Shown here: one piece after another, positions 52,072-60,731 of the stretch
How positions within the stretch are numbered: position 1 is the first letter of the stretch
Layout of the letters: every line of letters starts with the position of its first letter
Origin: Porphyridium purpureum
Taxonomy: Eukaryota
DNA: 64,000 nucleotides
Assembly: GCA_008690995.1 (NCBI GenBank)
Contig: VRMN01000001.1
Location: 2,170,001-2,234,000 of the forward strand
Direction of reading: 5' to 3'
Translations under genes and position numbers: made by a program
Notes under the pieces: generated by a model
Seen by the model: only the letters and a program-made list of their open reading frames with translations
What the model was told of the DNA's origin: nothing
The model's database searches: none

Positions 52072-52812
52072 ATGGACGAGGAGACGGGGCCAGTTGTGAG
52101 GCCGGCGCGGCTCAGCCAGTTCGCGGGGCAGCGGAACCAGCGAGTGGTGATGAACTGGTTGTTCGAAGTGGAGACGAAGGTTCTGCCGTTCGCCAGCTCT
52201 GAGCGCGAAGGAGTCAACGTAGCCATGAGCTACTTGACGGATACTGCATTGCAGTGGTTGCGTGGCCTGCCGGTCCGTCCAGAGAATTGGGCCGGGTTTC
52301 GAACGGTGTTTATGGAACAGTTCTTGCCGGCGGACTACAAGCGTCGCGCGCGAGATGCGCTGCATGGATGGCGCCAGACGAGGGGCGTAGCGGTGTACGC
52401 GGCCGAGTTCAGGGACCTGGTCCTAGCGTGTGAGGACGTGGGTGCCGCGGAGGCGTTGGACAAGTTCACGCGTGGACTTAAGCCCGCCATAGCGTTCGAA
52501 GTTATGAAGGAGAATCCAAGTAGCCTCGATGAGGCCTGCCGAGTTGCCCTTTGCGCGGAGGACGCATTCGTGGCGGCGCGTCGCGGTTCGCCATCATCCC
52601 AGGGTCTTGGGATCCACCATCGCTCAGGCCCGACGCGCGCTTTCGACGTGCCGTATGGAGAGAGCTCGGCACCAATGGAAATCGGGGCGCAGGCTATGGA
52701 GGTAACCTGTTACAACTGCGAGGAACGCGGGCACTTTGCGCGAGACTGCCCCAAGCCGCACCGCGCGCGAGCGCAGGCGCAGCCGGGAAAAGGCGCCCCG
52801 CGCCGAGACTAG
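52072..52812 (+). CDS. Element D Gag (Ty3/Gypsy type)
   Basis: FAG..WLFE, SYLTDTALQW, RARDAL, KFTRGL, APMEIG, CYNCEERGHFARDC. Confidence 0.9.
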   Translation: MDEETGPVVRPARLSQFAGQRNQRVVMNWLFEVETKVLPFASSEREGVNVAMSYLTDTALQWLRGLPVRPENWAGFRTVFMEQFLPADYKRRARDALHGWRQTRGVAVYAAEFRDLVLACEDVGAAEALDKFTRGLKPAIAFEVMKENPSSLDEACRVALCAEDAFVAARRGSPSSQGLGIHHRSGPTRAFDVPYGESSAPMEIGAQAMEVTCYNCEERGHFARDCPKPHRARAQAQPGKGAPRRD

Positions 52813-55800
52813 GGCAGGTGTCGGCGCGGGAGCCGTCAGAACTTCTGACGTTGCACGTTCGCTTCTGCGGGAAACGTGCGATGGCAATCGTAGACTGTGG
52901 CGCCACACATGTCTTTGTGGATAAGGCATGGGTGCGCCATTCAGGGTTATTATCATTTTGCGAAGCGACACCGGGACTTCAGGCCGTCCTTGCCGACGGG
53001 CGCAAGACTAATGTTGTCGGGAGCCTTCTCGGTCATTTGGAGCTGAACGGCATCGGGTCACGTCGCTGCCGTGCGATTGTATGTCCGGCACTGATGACCG
53101 ACCTCGTCATCGGTATGGAGTTCCTGACGCGTACTGGGATGGTCATTGATTACGAGGACGGGAGCATTTTCATGCGTAAGCGGGAAGATATGAACTTGAA
53201 AAGGGACAAGGAGCAGAACGGGAGCGCAGGGCGCACGAGCGGAGGAACGGCTGGGCCGGGCAGAGAGCAGAACGAGAGCGCAGGGCGCACGAGCGGAGGA
53301 ACGGCTGGGCCGGGCAGAGAGCAGAACGGGAGCGCAGGGCGCACGAGCGGACGAACGGCTGGGCCGGGCAGAGAGCAGAACGGGAGCGCAGGGCACGTGG
53401 AAGCAAGCTCTGTCAATCCGCAGCCGCGAAATCAAGGACGGAGCGCGGGGCGCTCGAGCGTACATGTGGACGGGCCATGCGTGAACCGAGACACAAGCGC
53501 GGGGCGCGTGCATGAAAAGAACGTCGGAAAGTCATCAGGGCTGAGCGATGAAGAGAGCGCGGGGAGCTCCAACGCATGCTCGACAGGAGCGAACGGTTAC
53601 GAGAACGGGAATATGAGCCCGGAGCGCGTAGATTGCGAAACAGATAGGCCGAACATGGGGGCGAATGTCGAGGTCCATTCGAACCAAGCATGCAAAGGCA
53701 CCCCGTTGGCGAAGTCGGCTGAGTGCCGCGAAACGGAGGTACGGACGCGAGGAAGGGACCAAGTGATGGGCAAAACGAAGGCGAGGAGCAACACGGACCC
53801 TGCGCAAGACTCGCTAGTCAGGAGTAAAATCGGGTCGCGGCATGGCGGCAGTGCGTTGAAGGAAACCGCATACCCTTCCGGAGACTGTAGCCTGATCCCA
53901 GAACCTGATTCGCCGGGGGAGGCACAAACCGGCGACATAGCGTCAAGTTCAAGCGACGATGGAGCGCCAAATGCGATACGAGGTATTCGACGCGCAATGA
54001 CATGGGTCGATCGTCTCGCCCTTGGCACCACAGTTTCAAATGTGCCCGACGGACACGCGCTCCTGCACATGCCTGCTCGCACGTCGTGCGAGGTTTGTAC
54101 AAGGGCGAAGCTGAAAATGCGGCCGTCTTACCGAATTGATGTCGACGCGCACGCGCGAGCACCTGGGGTCGCTGCACGCTTTGACGAAGAAATAGGGGTG
54201 GACCTGGTCGACGCCGGCGCCAAGGTCCGTTCGCGGGAAGGATATCGATACATCCTGACACATGTCGACGAGCACACGGGGTGGATAGAAGTCGCGGGAG
54301 TCGTCGATAAGACTGCCCTGGCCTGCCGCGAGGCGCTTGTCGAGTGCCAAGCTGGGAGAGATTGGCCGAAACGGATGCGCACAGATTCGGGCAGCGAGTT
54401 TAGGGGCGCGTTCGCGCGCGTTCTGCGCGAGAGGAACGTTGAACATACCCTCTGCATCCCTCATAGACCGAACGGACACGCGCGACTGGAAAGACTGCAC
54501 CACACGTTGAATGCCGTCATTCGTTGCCTCTTATGGCAATCGGGTTTGCACGTCGTCTGGTTTTTCAGAGCAGCCAAATTCTTCGCGTTCTGGTACAATC
54601 GGGTGCACCTGGGTAGGGACGGACTAACTCCCTTTGAGCGCAGATACGGACAGGGATGGGTCGAGAGCGGCAAGCCATGGCTGATGGCTCCATTCGGATC
54701 GCGGGTGGTCTATAAAGTGGACGACGTAGCCAACAAGTTCGCTCCTACCACGCGCGAGGGAGTGGTCGTCGGGGCTCGGGACCACCCCGCCGCCCTCGAA
54801 GTTCTCGAGACAGGGTCTGGAGCGACGACGTGGACAAGAGATTTCAGAGTATTCAAAGACTTCACCATGCGCGTGCCGGGCGCAGAACCGCTCGCAGAAA
54901 TGGAAAAGGTGATCGCGTACGATCCGGACGGGGATTTGGCAGTCGCACAGCGCGACAACGTCGCGTCGGAAGAGACGGGAATCAAAGCGAGGGTTGAAGC
55001 AATCACGGAACGCCTGAAGGCCATCGACGAGCGGGAAAAGCAGCTAAGCCAGGAGGTCGCGGCGCGGCGGGCGGCTAAGGAGGGCAAAGAAATCAGGCGT
55101 ACAAAGAAGAACGCCCGTCGCTCGGCCCGAATAGCGGCGCGCTTTCCTTCCGTGACCATAAATGTTACCAGGGTAATGAGCAGACGAGAAGCCACCACGG
55201 ATGGAAGGGCAGCTGAGGCCATTGAGAATGAGCTCGGGCAAATGCGGCGCTTCGGCGTGTGGGATCCGGAACCGGTCACTCTGAACTCCATTACCGAGGG
55301 ACTTATTGTAAGGGCGCACATGGTGGTAGCCGAAAAGCACACGGAGCGTCCTGTTGAGGAGCGCAAGATCAAGGCAAGGCTCGTGGCCGGGGGGGATCGC
55401 ATTACGGACATGACGGGGGTCCCAGTGTCTCTTACCGTTCCCTACGAGGCGCCGGCATCTTTAGCTGCGCTAAGGATCGTGCTGGCGTGGGCGCAGATGA
55501 ACGAATTAGAAGTGGGCTTTGTTGACATCACCAGCGCCTACCTGCAGGCCGAGTGCAGCGGGGGACCGGTGTATGTAATCCTTCCCAGCGAGGCAGGCGG
55601 GAAGACGGGCACCGCCCATCATCTCCGCAAGGCAATGTACGGATTACCGAGAGCGGGAGCGGACTTCGCGCGCGAAGCTCGTAGTCGCTTGTTGCGTCTC
55701 GGATGGGTGGAGGTCACAGCAGGAGTGTATATCCGTAGAAGCCTCGAGGGGAACGCGGCAGGACTCGTCTTGGTAATGTACGTTGACGACGTGGTCTTAG

Positions 55801-56900
55801 CGGGGCGGAAAGACGAGGCACGGAATGCCATGAGTGAGTTATATCAAGAATTCGTGATCGACGAGCAACCGCAGTGGCTCGGCGAGAGCCCGGTCCTTCA
55901 CCTTGGCATGCGGATTTCCAGAACGAACGGAAGGGTAAAGATTGATGGTACGGACTACGCAAAGACCATTATAGATGAGTACGAGCGCGACTCGACTGTG
56001 AGGACGAGGGGCACGCGCGATGCGGCAACCCCCATGGTATTTCCAGAGGCGGCGCTCTACGACGAAGCGGAAGTCAGTACGACTTGCCGGCAACACGTCG
56101 GACGCCTAATGTGGCTCGCACGCACGGTAAAGCCCGAAATAGCATACTCGGTCGCATATGTCTCGCGCTTTGTGGACAAGTGGAGCAAGGCAGCATCGGC
56201 GATTCTCGACCGAATCGTGCGGTACGTGCACGGGAGCCAGGATAGTGTCTTGGAATACGGCAGCGCGGGGCGCCTGGGAGATCAGGTACGAATAGTCGCC
56301 TTTTCAGATAGCGACCATGCAGGCTGTCCCGCGACGCGGCGGTCAACTTCCGGCGGTTGCGTATACTTCTCAAACGGAGAAGAGAACTACTTGGTAGATT
56401 GGTTTTCGAAAGCACAACGGGCCTCGGTATTATCCACCGCGGAGGCGGAACTCACCGCCCTTGGCAGGATCATGCGAACTACGATTCCTAACGCCGAAGT
56501 TGTAATCCGAGGGCTCGTTGGAACGCGCGTACCGCTCGCTGTGTGTTGCGACAGCGAAGCAGCGGTGAAGGCCGTTCGACGAGGATACTCCGCCAAGATG
56601 GCAAGTCTCGGGAAGACACACGGCGTCACTGTAGCCACCCTCTCGGACGCTTTTGATGGAGAAGACTCGAACCTCGTGTCTGTCCCCGGAATATCGAATT
56701 GCGCAGACATCTTCACGAAGCCGATGGAACGAGTGGCATTTACACGTGCTATTGCCAACCTTAGGAAGGGCGCTTCCAACGATCGAGAGCGAGACGTGCA
56801 CGGGGCGCGTGGAAAGTTGCCCGTCCCACTCGTCGATGGGCGTGCGGAAGGGCGAGTGCGAACGTACCGGGACGTCGTGACGGGGATTCAGCGGGTGTAA
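52785..56900 (+). CDS. Element D Pol (PR-INT-RT-RH, Copia order), reached by -1 frameshift at G GGA AAA
   Basis: IVDCGAT..DLVIGMEFL; HALLHMPARTSCEVC; VDLVD / TDSGSEF / LERLH; KARLVAGG, VDITSAYL, AMYGLPRAG, YVDD, SDSDHAG, ADIFTK. The stop lies inside the 3' LTR. Confidence 0.92.
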   Translation, partial: GKRRPAPRLGQVSAREPSELLTLHVRFCGKRAMAIVDCGATHVFVDKAWVRHSGLLSFCEATPGLQAVLADGRKTNVVGSLLGHLELNGIGSRRCRAIVCPALMTDLVIGMEFLTRTGMVIDYEDGSIFMRKREDMNLKRDKEQNGSAGRTSGGTAGPGREQNESAGRTSGGTAGPGREQNGSAGRTSGRTAGPGREQNGSAGHVEASSVNPQPRNQGRSAGRSSVHVDGPCVNRDTSAGRVHEKNVGKSSGLSDEESAGSSNACSTGANGYENGNMSPERVDCETDRPNMGANVEVHSNQACKGTPLAKSAECRETEVRTRGRDQVMGKTKARSNTDPAQDSLVRSKIGSRHGGSALKETAYPSGDCSLIPEPDSPGEAQTGDIASSSSDDGAPNAIRGIRRAMTWVDRLALGTTVSNVPDGHALLHMPARTSCEVCTRAKLKMRPSYRIDVDAHARAPGVAARFDEEIGVDLVDAGAKVRSREGYRYILTHVDEHTGWIEVAGVVDKTALACREALVECQAGRDWPKRMRTDSGSEFRGAFARVLRERNVEHTLCIPHRPNGHARLERLHHTLNAVIRCLLWQSGLHVVWFFRAAKFFAFWYNRVHLGRDGLTPFERRYGQGWVESGKPWLMAPFGSRVVYKVDDVANKFAPTTREGVVVGARDHPAALEVLETGSGATTWTRDFRVFKDFTMRVPGAEPLAEMEKVIAYDPDGDLAVAQRDNVASEETGIKARVEAITERLKAIDEREKQLSQEVAARRAAKEGKEIRRTKKNARRSARIAARFPSVTINVTRVMSRREATTDGRAAEAIENELGQMRRFGVWDPEPVTLNSITEGLIVRAHMVVAEKHTERPVEERKIKARLVAGGDRITDMTGVPVSLTVPYEAPASLAALRIVLAWAQMNELEVGFVDITSAYLQAECSGGPVYVILPSEAGGKTGTAHHLRKAMYGLPRAGADFAREARSRLLRLGWVEVTAGVYIRRSLEGNAAGLVLVMYVDDVVLAGRKDEARNAMSELYQEFVIDEQPQWLGESPVLHLGMRISRTNGRVKIDGTDYAKTIIDEYERDSTVRTRGTRDAATPMVFPEAALYDEAEVSTTCRQHVGRLMWLARTVKPEIAYSVAYVSRFVDKWSKAASAILDRIVRYVHGSQDSVLEYGSAGRLGDQVRIVAFSDSDHAGCPATRRSTSGGCVYFSNGEENYLVDWFSKAQRASVLSTAEAELTALGRIMRTTIPNAEVVIRGLVGTRVPLAVCCDSEAAVKAVRRGYSAKMASLGKTHGVTVATLSDAFDGEDSNLVSVPGISNCADIFTKPMERVAFTRAIANLRKGASNDRERDVHGARGKLPVPLVDGRAEGRVRTYRDVVTGIQRV
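53211..53396 (+). repeat. 54-bp in-frame tandem repeat (3 copies plus a partial one) between PR and INT of D
   Basis: EQNGSAGRTSGGTAGPGR units start at 53211, 53265 and 53319, with a partial unit at 53373. Confidence 0.92.
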
Positions 56901-57109
56901 TGCGATGTGACTCGACTAGCGTCCCGCCGGATGCCGATGTGACGTGACTCGATGTGGTCAGATTGCATCAACAAGGACCCGGCGGGCGTCTATATAGTGG
57001 GTGCGGTCGCGCAGAGATGGCAGACGGATAAGCCTAGAAGAAAAGAGAGAAGGTAAGGGAAGGGGAATAGTAAAAGGGTTCTTCGTTGATCGTTAACAGA
57101 AAACCCACG
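56808..57109 (+). repeat. Element D 3' LTR
   Basis: Direct repeat of 51710-52011. Confidence 0.95.
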
Positions 57110-57516
57110 GAAACGATCGGAAAATCGTGGGCGCGCGACGGGGAAAACCGCCCACCTGCTGCGCGGTTGCGATTCGAAGATGTAATGGAATAATCGGGGG
57201 GCCGCACTCGCGCGGGTCGGAACGTCGAGTGTCTGAGCTTATGGGCAGCCGCAAGAAGAAACACAGCCTAACCAGGCCCAAAAGGGACAAGAACGAAAAG
57301 GAGACGGTACTGCTGGAGTACAGTGAGGTCACGGGAAGACAACTCAAACGCGTCAAGGGTGACGAGGGTGCTGTGCACCGCCGCGTGCAGGGCGCGACGA
57401 CCGGGCGTGGCAGTCGTGCATGATCGGGTCCGTTCCGGTCTCGTGCACGTGCGTGGCGGAATGCTTTTTCTTCAACTTCTTTTTACACGGCTTTACTGCG
57501 AGCTGGAGTCAGACAC

Positions 57517-59841
57517 TCAAGGACTCACTCTAAAATGCACGCCGGACTTCTGACTGCCTCCAGCCTCCCCCGCTCCGTCCAAGTCGGGCCCGCTCTCGTC
57601 CAATTCGCTCGCCGACCCAGCAATCGACACGCTCAGCGAGCTGGGCCGCGTCGAACCATCGGTGCTTTTCTGTCGGCGCCACAACGGCTCGGCACGCAGT
57701 GGCGAAAATAAAACCTGTGGCGATTGCCGCTCGCCGCCACGCGGCTTTGCTGATCCTGGAGCGCTATCTTGGCCGGATTTCGACTTCAGCAACGCAAGCG
57801 CAGCAGACCCGCCACGAATCGACCGCGCCTGGCCGGTCTCGGCGTTTTGCATCTCAGTGGGCGATTTGGAATTGGAAGACTGAGCGCGCGAAAAGCTGCT
57901 CGGCGAGGCTTGCAATGAACTGTTTGCATCTGGAGTCCGAATCTTTGCAGATCGCGCGCGAGGTACGGGCTTTGCGTCTCCTTCTGCCTCGATTGAGTGC
58001 GAACCGTGAAGCGCTGCGTATGCCACGGTGCCACCATGCAAAGTCTTGCTCTCATACTGGTTCGTACGCATGCGCATTCCAGTTGACACATCGTCTGCCA
58101 GACTATTTGACTCGCTCGCCTTGCCCCTAGGTGAATTTGAGTTCAAGGCAGCGCGCGCTTTTGAACCGCCGTGCAAGGAAAGCGCACGGCCAGGCTTGCT
58201 CCGGCCACTTTGTCGCGATGCGACCAAATCAGGTGAATAAACCGATGTCCCTGCGTTCGCCGAGGCGTCAGAGCTCTTCAGCGCAGTCTTCGCTGCTGAT
58301 CCACCGTGCACAGATGCGCTCCCTCTGCTCGATTTGGCTGATTGCGCCCACCGGAACGATTTCTGCGGCTGCGCCGAAATCGGTGCGTTCACAAGATTAT
58401 CTTCGCCGAGCAGGTCCCCGTCGCTCGCTCCGAATGAAACGGATTCCTGGACAGGCACACTGTCTGGCCGTGAACTGCCAGACTTGAACGATGTTGCCGA
58501 AACAGCCGCCGAGTCGTTGCCTTTGAACAAATTATTAAGCAGGACCGATTCCTGCAAGCGGAATGACTTGCGCGCGTTGGCAGACGAAGAAGCCCCGGCG
58601 CTCGGTTCGCGACTGACCAAAGTAGGGTCATCACTACCGAAAGCGGCGATTCTGCCATCCGACGCGACTTTTGCGGGCGATGCCGAGTCTGGCGTCCAAA
58701 TCGAAGAGATATTCTTGAAAAAGCTGCCACCGTGTACTGTCGTATCCTGGGTCATTGGATCTGGACGCGAAAAGACGACCACAATAACCGTAATATTGTC
58801 GTTCGACCCTGCTTGGGTGGATGCTGAGCAAAGCTTTTTGGCTGCCATTGCAGCGTCACCAGACGGCTTACGAAGCACGTCCATGACGATCTTCACTGCC
58901 CGCTGTGAGCCAACTCTGCACCATACGCCGTCAGTTGCGATAATGAGGACATTGTCTTGTGCAACGCGGTCCACAATGTTAACGTCGGGCTCGGCCACCA
59001 CCAAGTCCGCTTCGAGCTTCATATTTGGAAACGTAATATGCTTGTGTTCCTTGAGATCTAGGTCACCAAAAGATCGTGTGACCGTGATATAGTTGTTAAT
59101 GCCTCGCACGTCCACAGTACCGCCTGCCTCCTTGATGCGACGCACCTCGCCCGGGTGCAAATGGCAGTGGTCTTTTGACAAATCAATGGTCTCTCCGTCC
59201 CGGCAAAGCACGGCGCGCGAGTCGCCCACGTTGCAACACACAATGTGCGTGTCGCTCACCACACAATAATTCGCAGTGCTGCCTGAGTAGACCTTTTTCT
59301 CCTTGCACAAGGCCAGTGAGTCCCGCTCGGCTGCAGCGCACGCCTCGCGCAGAGCAGCTTCCATGTTTTCCGGATAGTGGTCAGACTTGATCACCAAGTC
59401 CATAAATGTCGAACACAAGAGCTCTGACGTCTGATGGCCCCCGTGCCCATCGAAGACGCCAAAGTGTCCGTAGTGCGCAGCGCCAAGCTTATACCGCAGC
59501 ACTTCTGCAACGTACCGGTCTTCTTGGTAAGGCCGATTATTCCACGTAGAGAAGCATCCAAAGTCGATCTCGGACAGATCGGCGAGTTTGGCTGACTCAT
59601 ACGCAACATACTCGATCTGTTGTGTCCCTCTAGTACCTTCCTCACGCGCTGAGACCGACTTGACCTGAGTCGCGTCGTCCTTATTAGCGGCGCGCAACCC
59701 CAGCCTGCCAGAATACCGTTGAAGCTTGAGCGAGGAGACTGTGCTGCTTGAGCTCGTCGGTTCATCGTCAAACGAGAGTTCCGCCGGTCGCATCGTCTCC
59801 ATGGACACAGATGGCTCCGCCAAAGAAGTATCCATTGTCAT
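57517..59841 (-). CDS. PP2C/PPM protein phosphatase with long repeat-containing C-tail
   Basis: RPYQED, FGVFDGHGG, NVGDSR, TRSFGD, IATDGVW, NDNITV. Confidence 0.92.
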   Translation of the reverse strand: MTMDTSLAEPSVSMETMRPAELSFDDEPTSSSSTVSSLKLQRYSGRLGLRAANKDDATQVKSVSAREEGTRGTQQIEYVAYESAKLADLSEIDFGCFSTWNNRPYQEDRYVAEVLRYKLGAAHYGHFGVFDGHGGHQTSELLCSTFMDLVIKSDHYPENMEAALREACAAAERDSLALCKEKKVYSGSTANYCVVSDTHIVCCNVGDSRAVLCRDGETIDLSKDHCHLHPGEVRRIKEAGGTVDVRGINNYITVTRSFGDLDLKEHKHITFPNMKLEADLVVAEPDVNIVDRVAQDNVLIIATDGVWCRVGSQRAVKIVMDVLRKPSGDAAMAAKKLCSASTQAGSNDNITVIVVVFSRPDPMTQDTTVHGGSFFKNISSIWTPDSASPAKVASDGRIAAFGSDDPTLVSREPSAGASSSANARKSFRLQESVLLNNLFKGNDSAAVSATSFKSGSSRPDSVPVQESVSFGASDGDLLGEDNLVNAPISAQPQKSFRWAQSAKSSRGSASVHGGSAAKTALKSSDASANAGTSVYSPDLVASRQSGRSKPGRALSLHGGSKARAALNSNSPRGKASESNSLADDVSTGMRMRTNQYESKTLHGGTVAYAALHGSHSIEAEGDAKPVPRARSAKIRTPDANSSLQASPSSFSRAQSSNSKSPTEMQNAETGQARSIRGGSAALALLKSKSGQDSAPGSAKPRGGERQSPQVLFSPLRAEPLWRRQKSTDGSTRPSSLSVSIAGSASELDESGPDLDGAGEAGGSQKSGVHFRVSP

Positions 59842-60731
59842 GTTTCACCACCTCGCTCTGACGCATGCACTGCTCCAAAAACGTCAGTTCAGATTCTGCC
59901 CACAGCGCTGTCTTTTCATGCGCAGAGGGACATTTCCTTTTCGACCCCACTGCTATCCAAGGACGCTCAGTCCGACCGCGAGCCCCGCGGCGTTTGTGCG
60001 CGCTGGTGCAACGCACGCACGCAAGCCTACCGGCCGCACGCGCCGTCTCTTCGGTTGCTTTTTTGTTGTTGCCAGGCGTGCCACGGCCGAAGAGTAATCC
60101 TAGCCGACACGCTCAAAGACTGATCAGAAGCACAACACAAACCACGCTCTGCTTGGTCCAGGCCGCGCCCCTCATTCGCTAGTCCAACCGAAAAGGAGGA
60201 AGATGGTGGACAGCTCAGGAACGACGCCAAAGCCCCCCTACCTTCAAGCGTGTCTGGGGCGCGTTCGGCGCATGACGCCTAGGTCTGTCTGTTGACGCAG
60301 CTAGACACGTTTATCCCCCCAGCCGCTTAATCAGAACGCCACAGCTCGCGCGTACGTCGCCGCGTCTACGAGTTCTACTGGAATGGTGCTGTTTTGGTAG
60401 TGCACAAGCGCCCACACAGTGGACGTAAGCTGGACCTTTTTTTCTTTCTCTTCTTTTTTTTTTTTTAACGGCTAGGGTTTCCGTGAGCGGCTCCGTGAAG
60501 GCGGGACGGAGCGGCGCAGGCAGACGGCACGCGACCGGCGTTTCGCGCCAAGACATGCAGAAGCGTGCACACACCGAGTGCTGCGTCGGCCGGGTCCTGT
60601 TTTAATGTGGACAGCGTGTTCACACAAGGATACGTCAGTCTGTTAAGAAAGGGGAAAGAGAAAGCTGACACGCCGCGCTCTGCCTCCGGAAAGGAACTAC
60701 ACCACGTGCGGCGGAGATTCTCCAGCCGCAC

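Larger units (their letters stand above)
51710..57109 (+). mobile_element. LTR retrotransposon D (5400 bp; Copia order, Gypsy-like Gag/PR, CG...CG termini), intact
   Basis: 302-bp LTRs 51710-52011 and 56808-57109 with no mismatch seen. TSD GAAAC at 51705-51709 and 57110-57114. PBS TGGTATCATCGCC at 52012. Confidence 0.96.
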
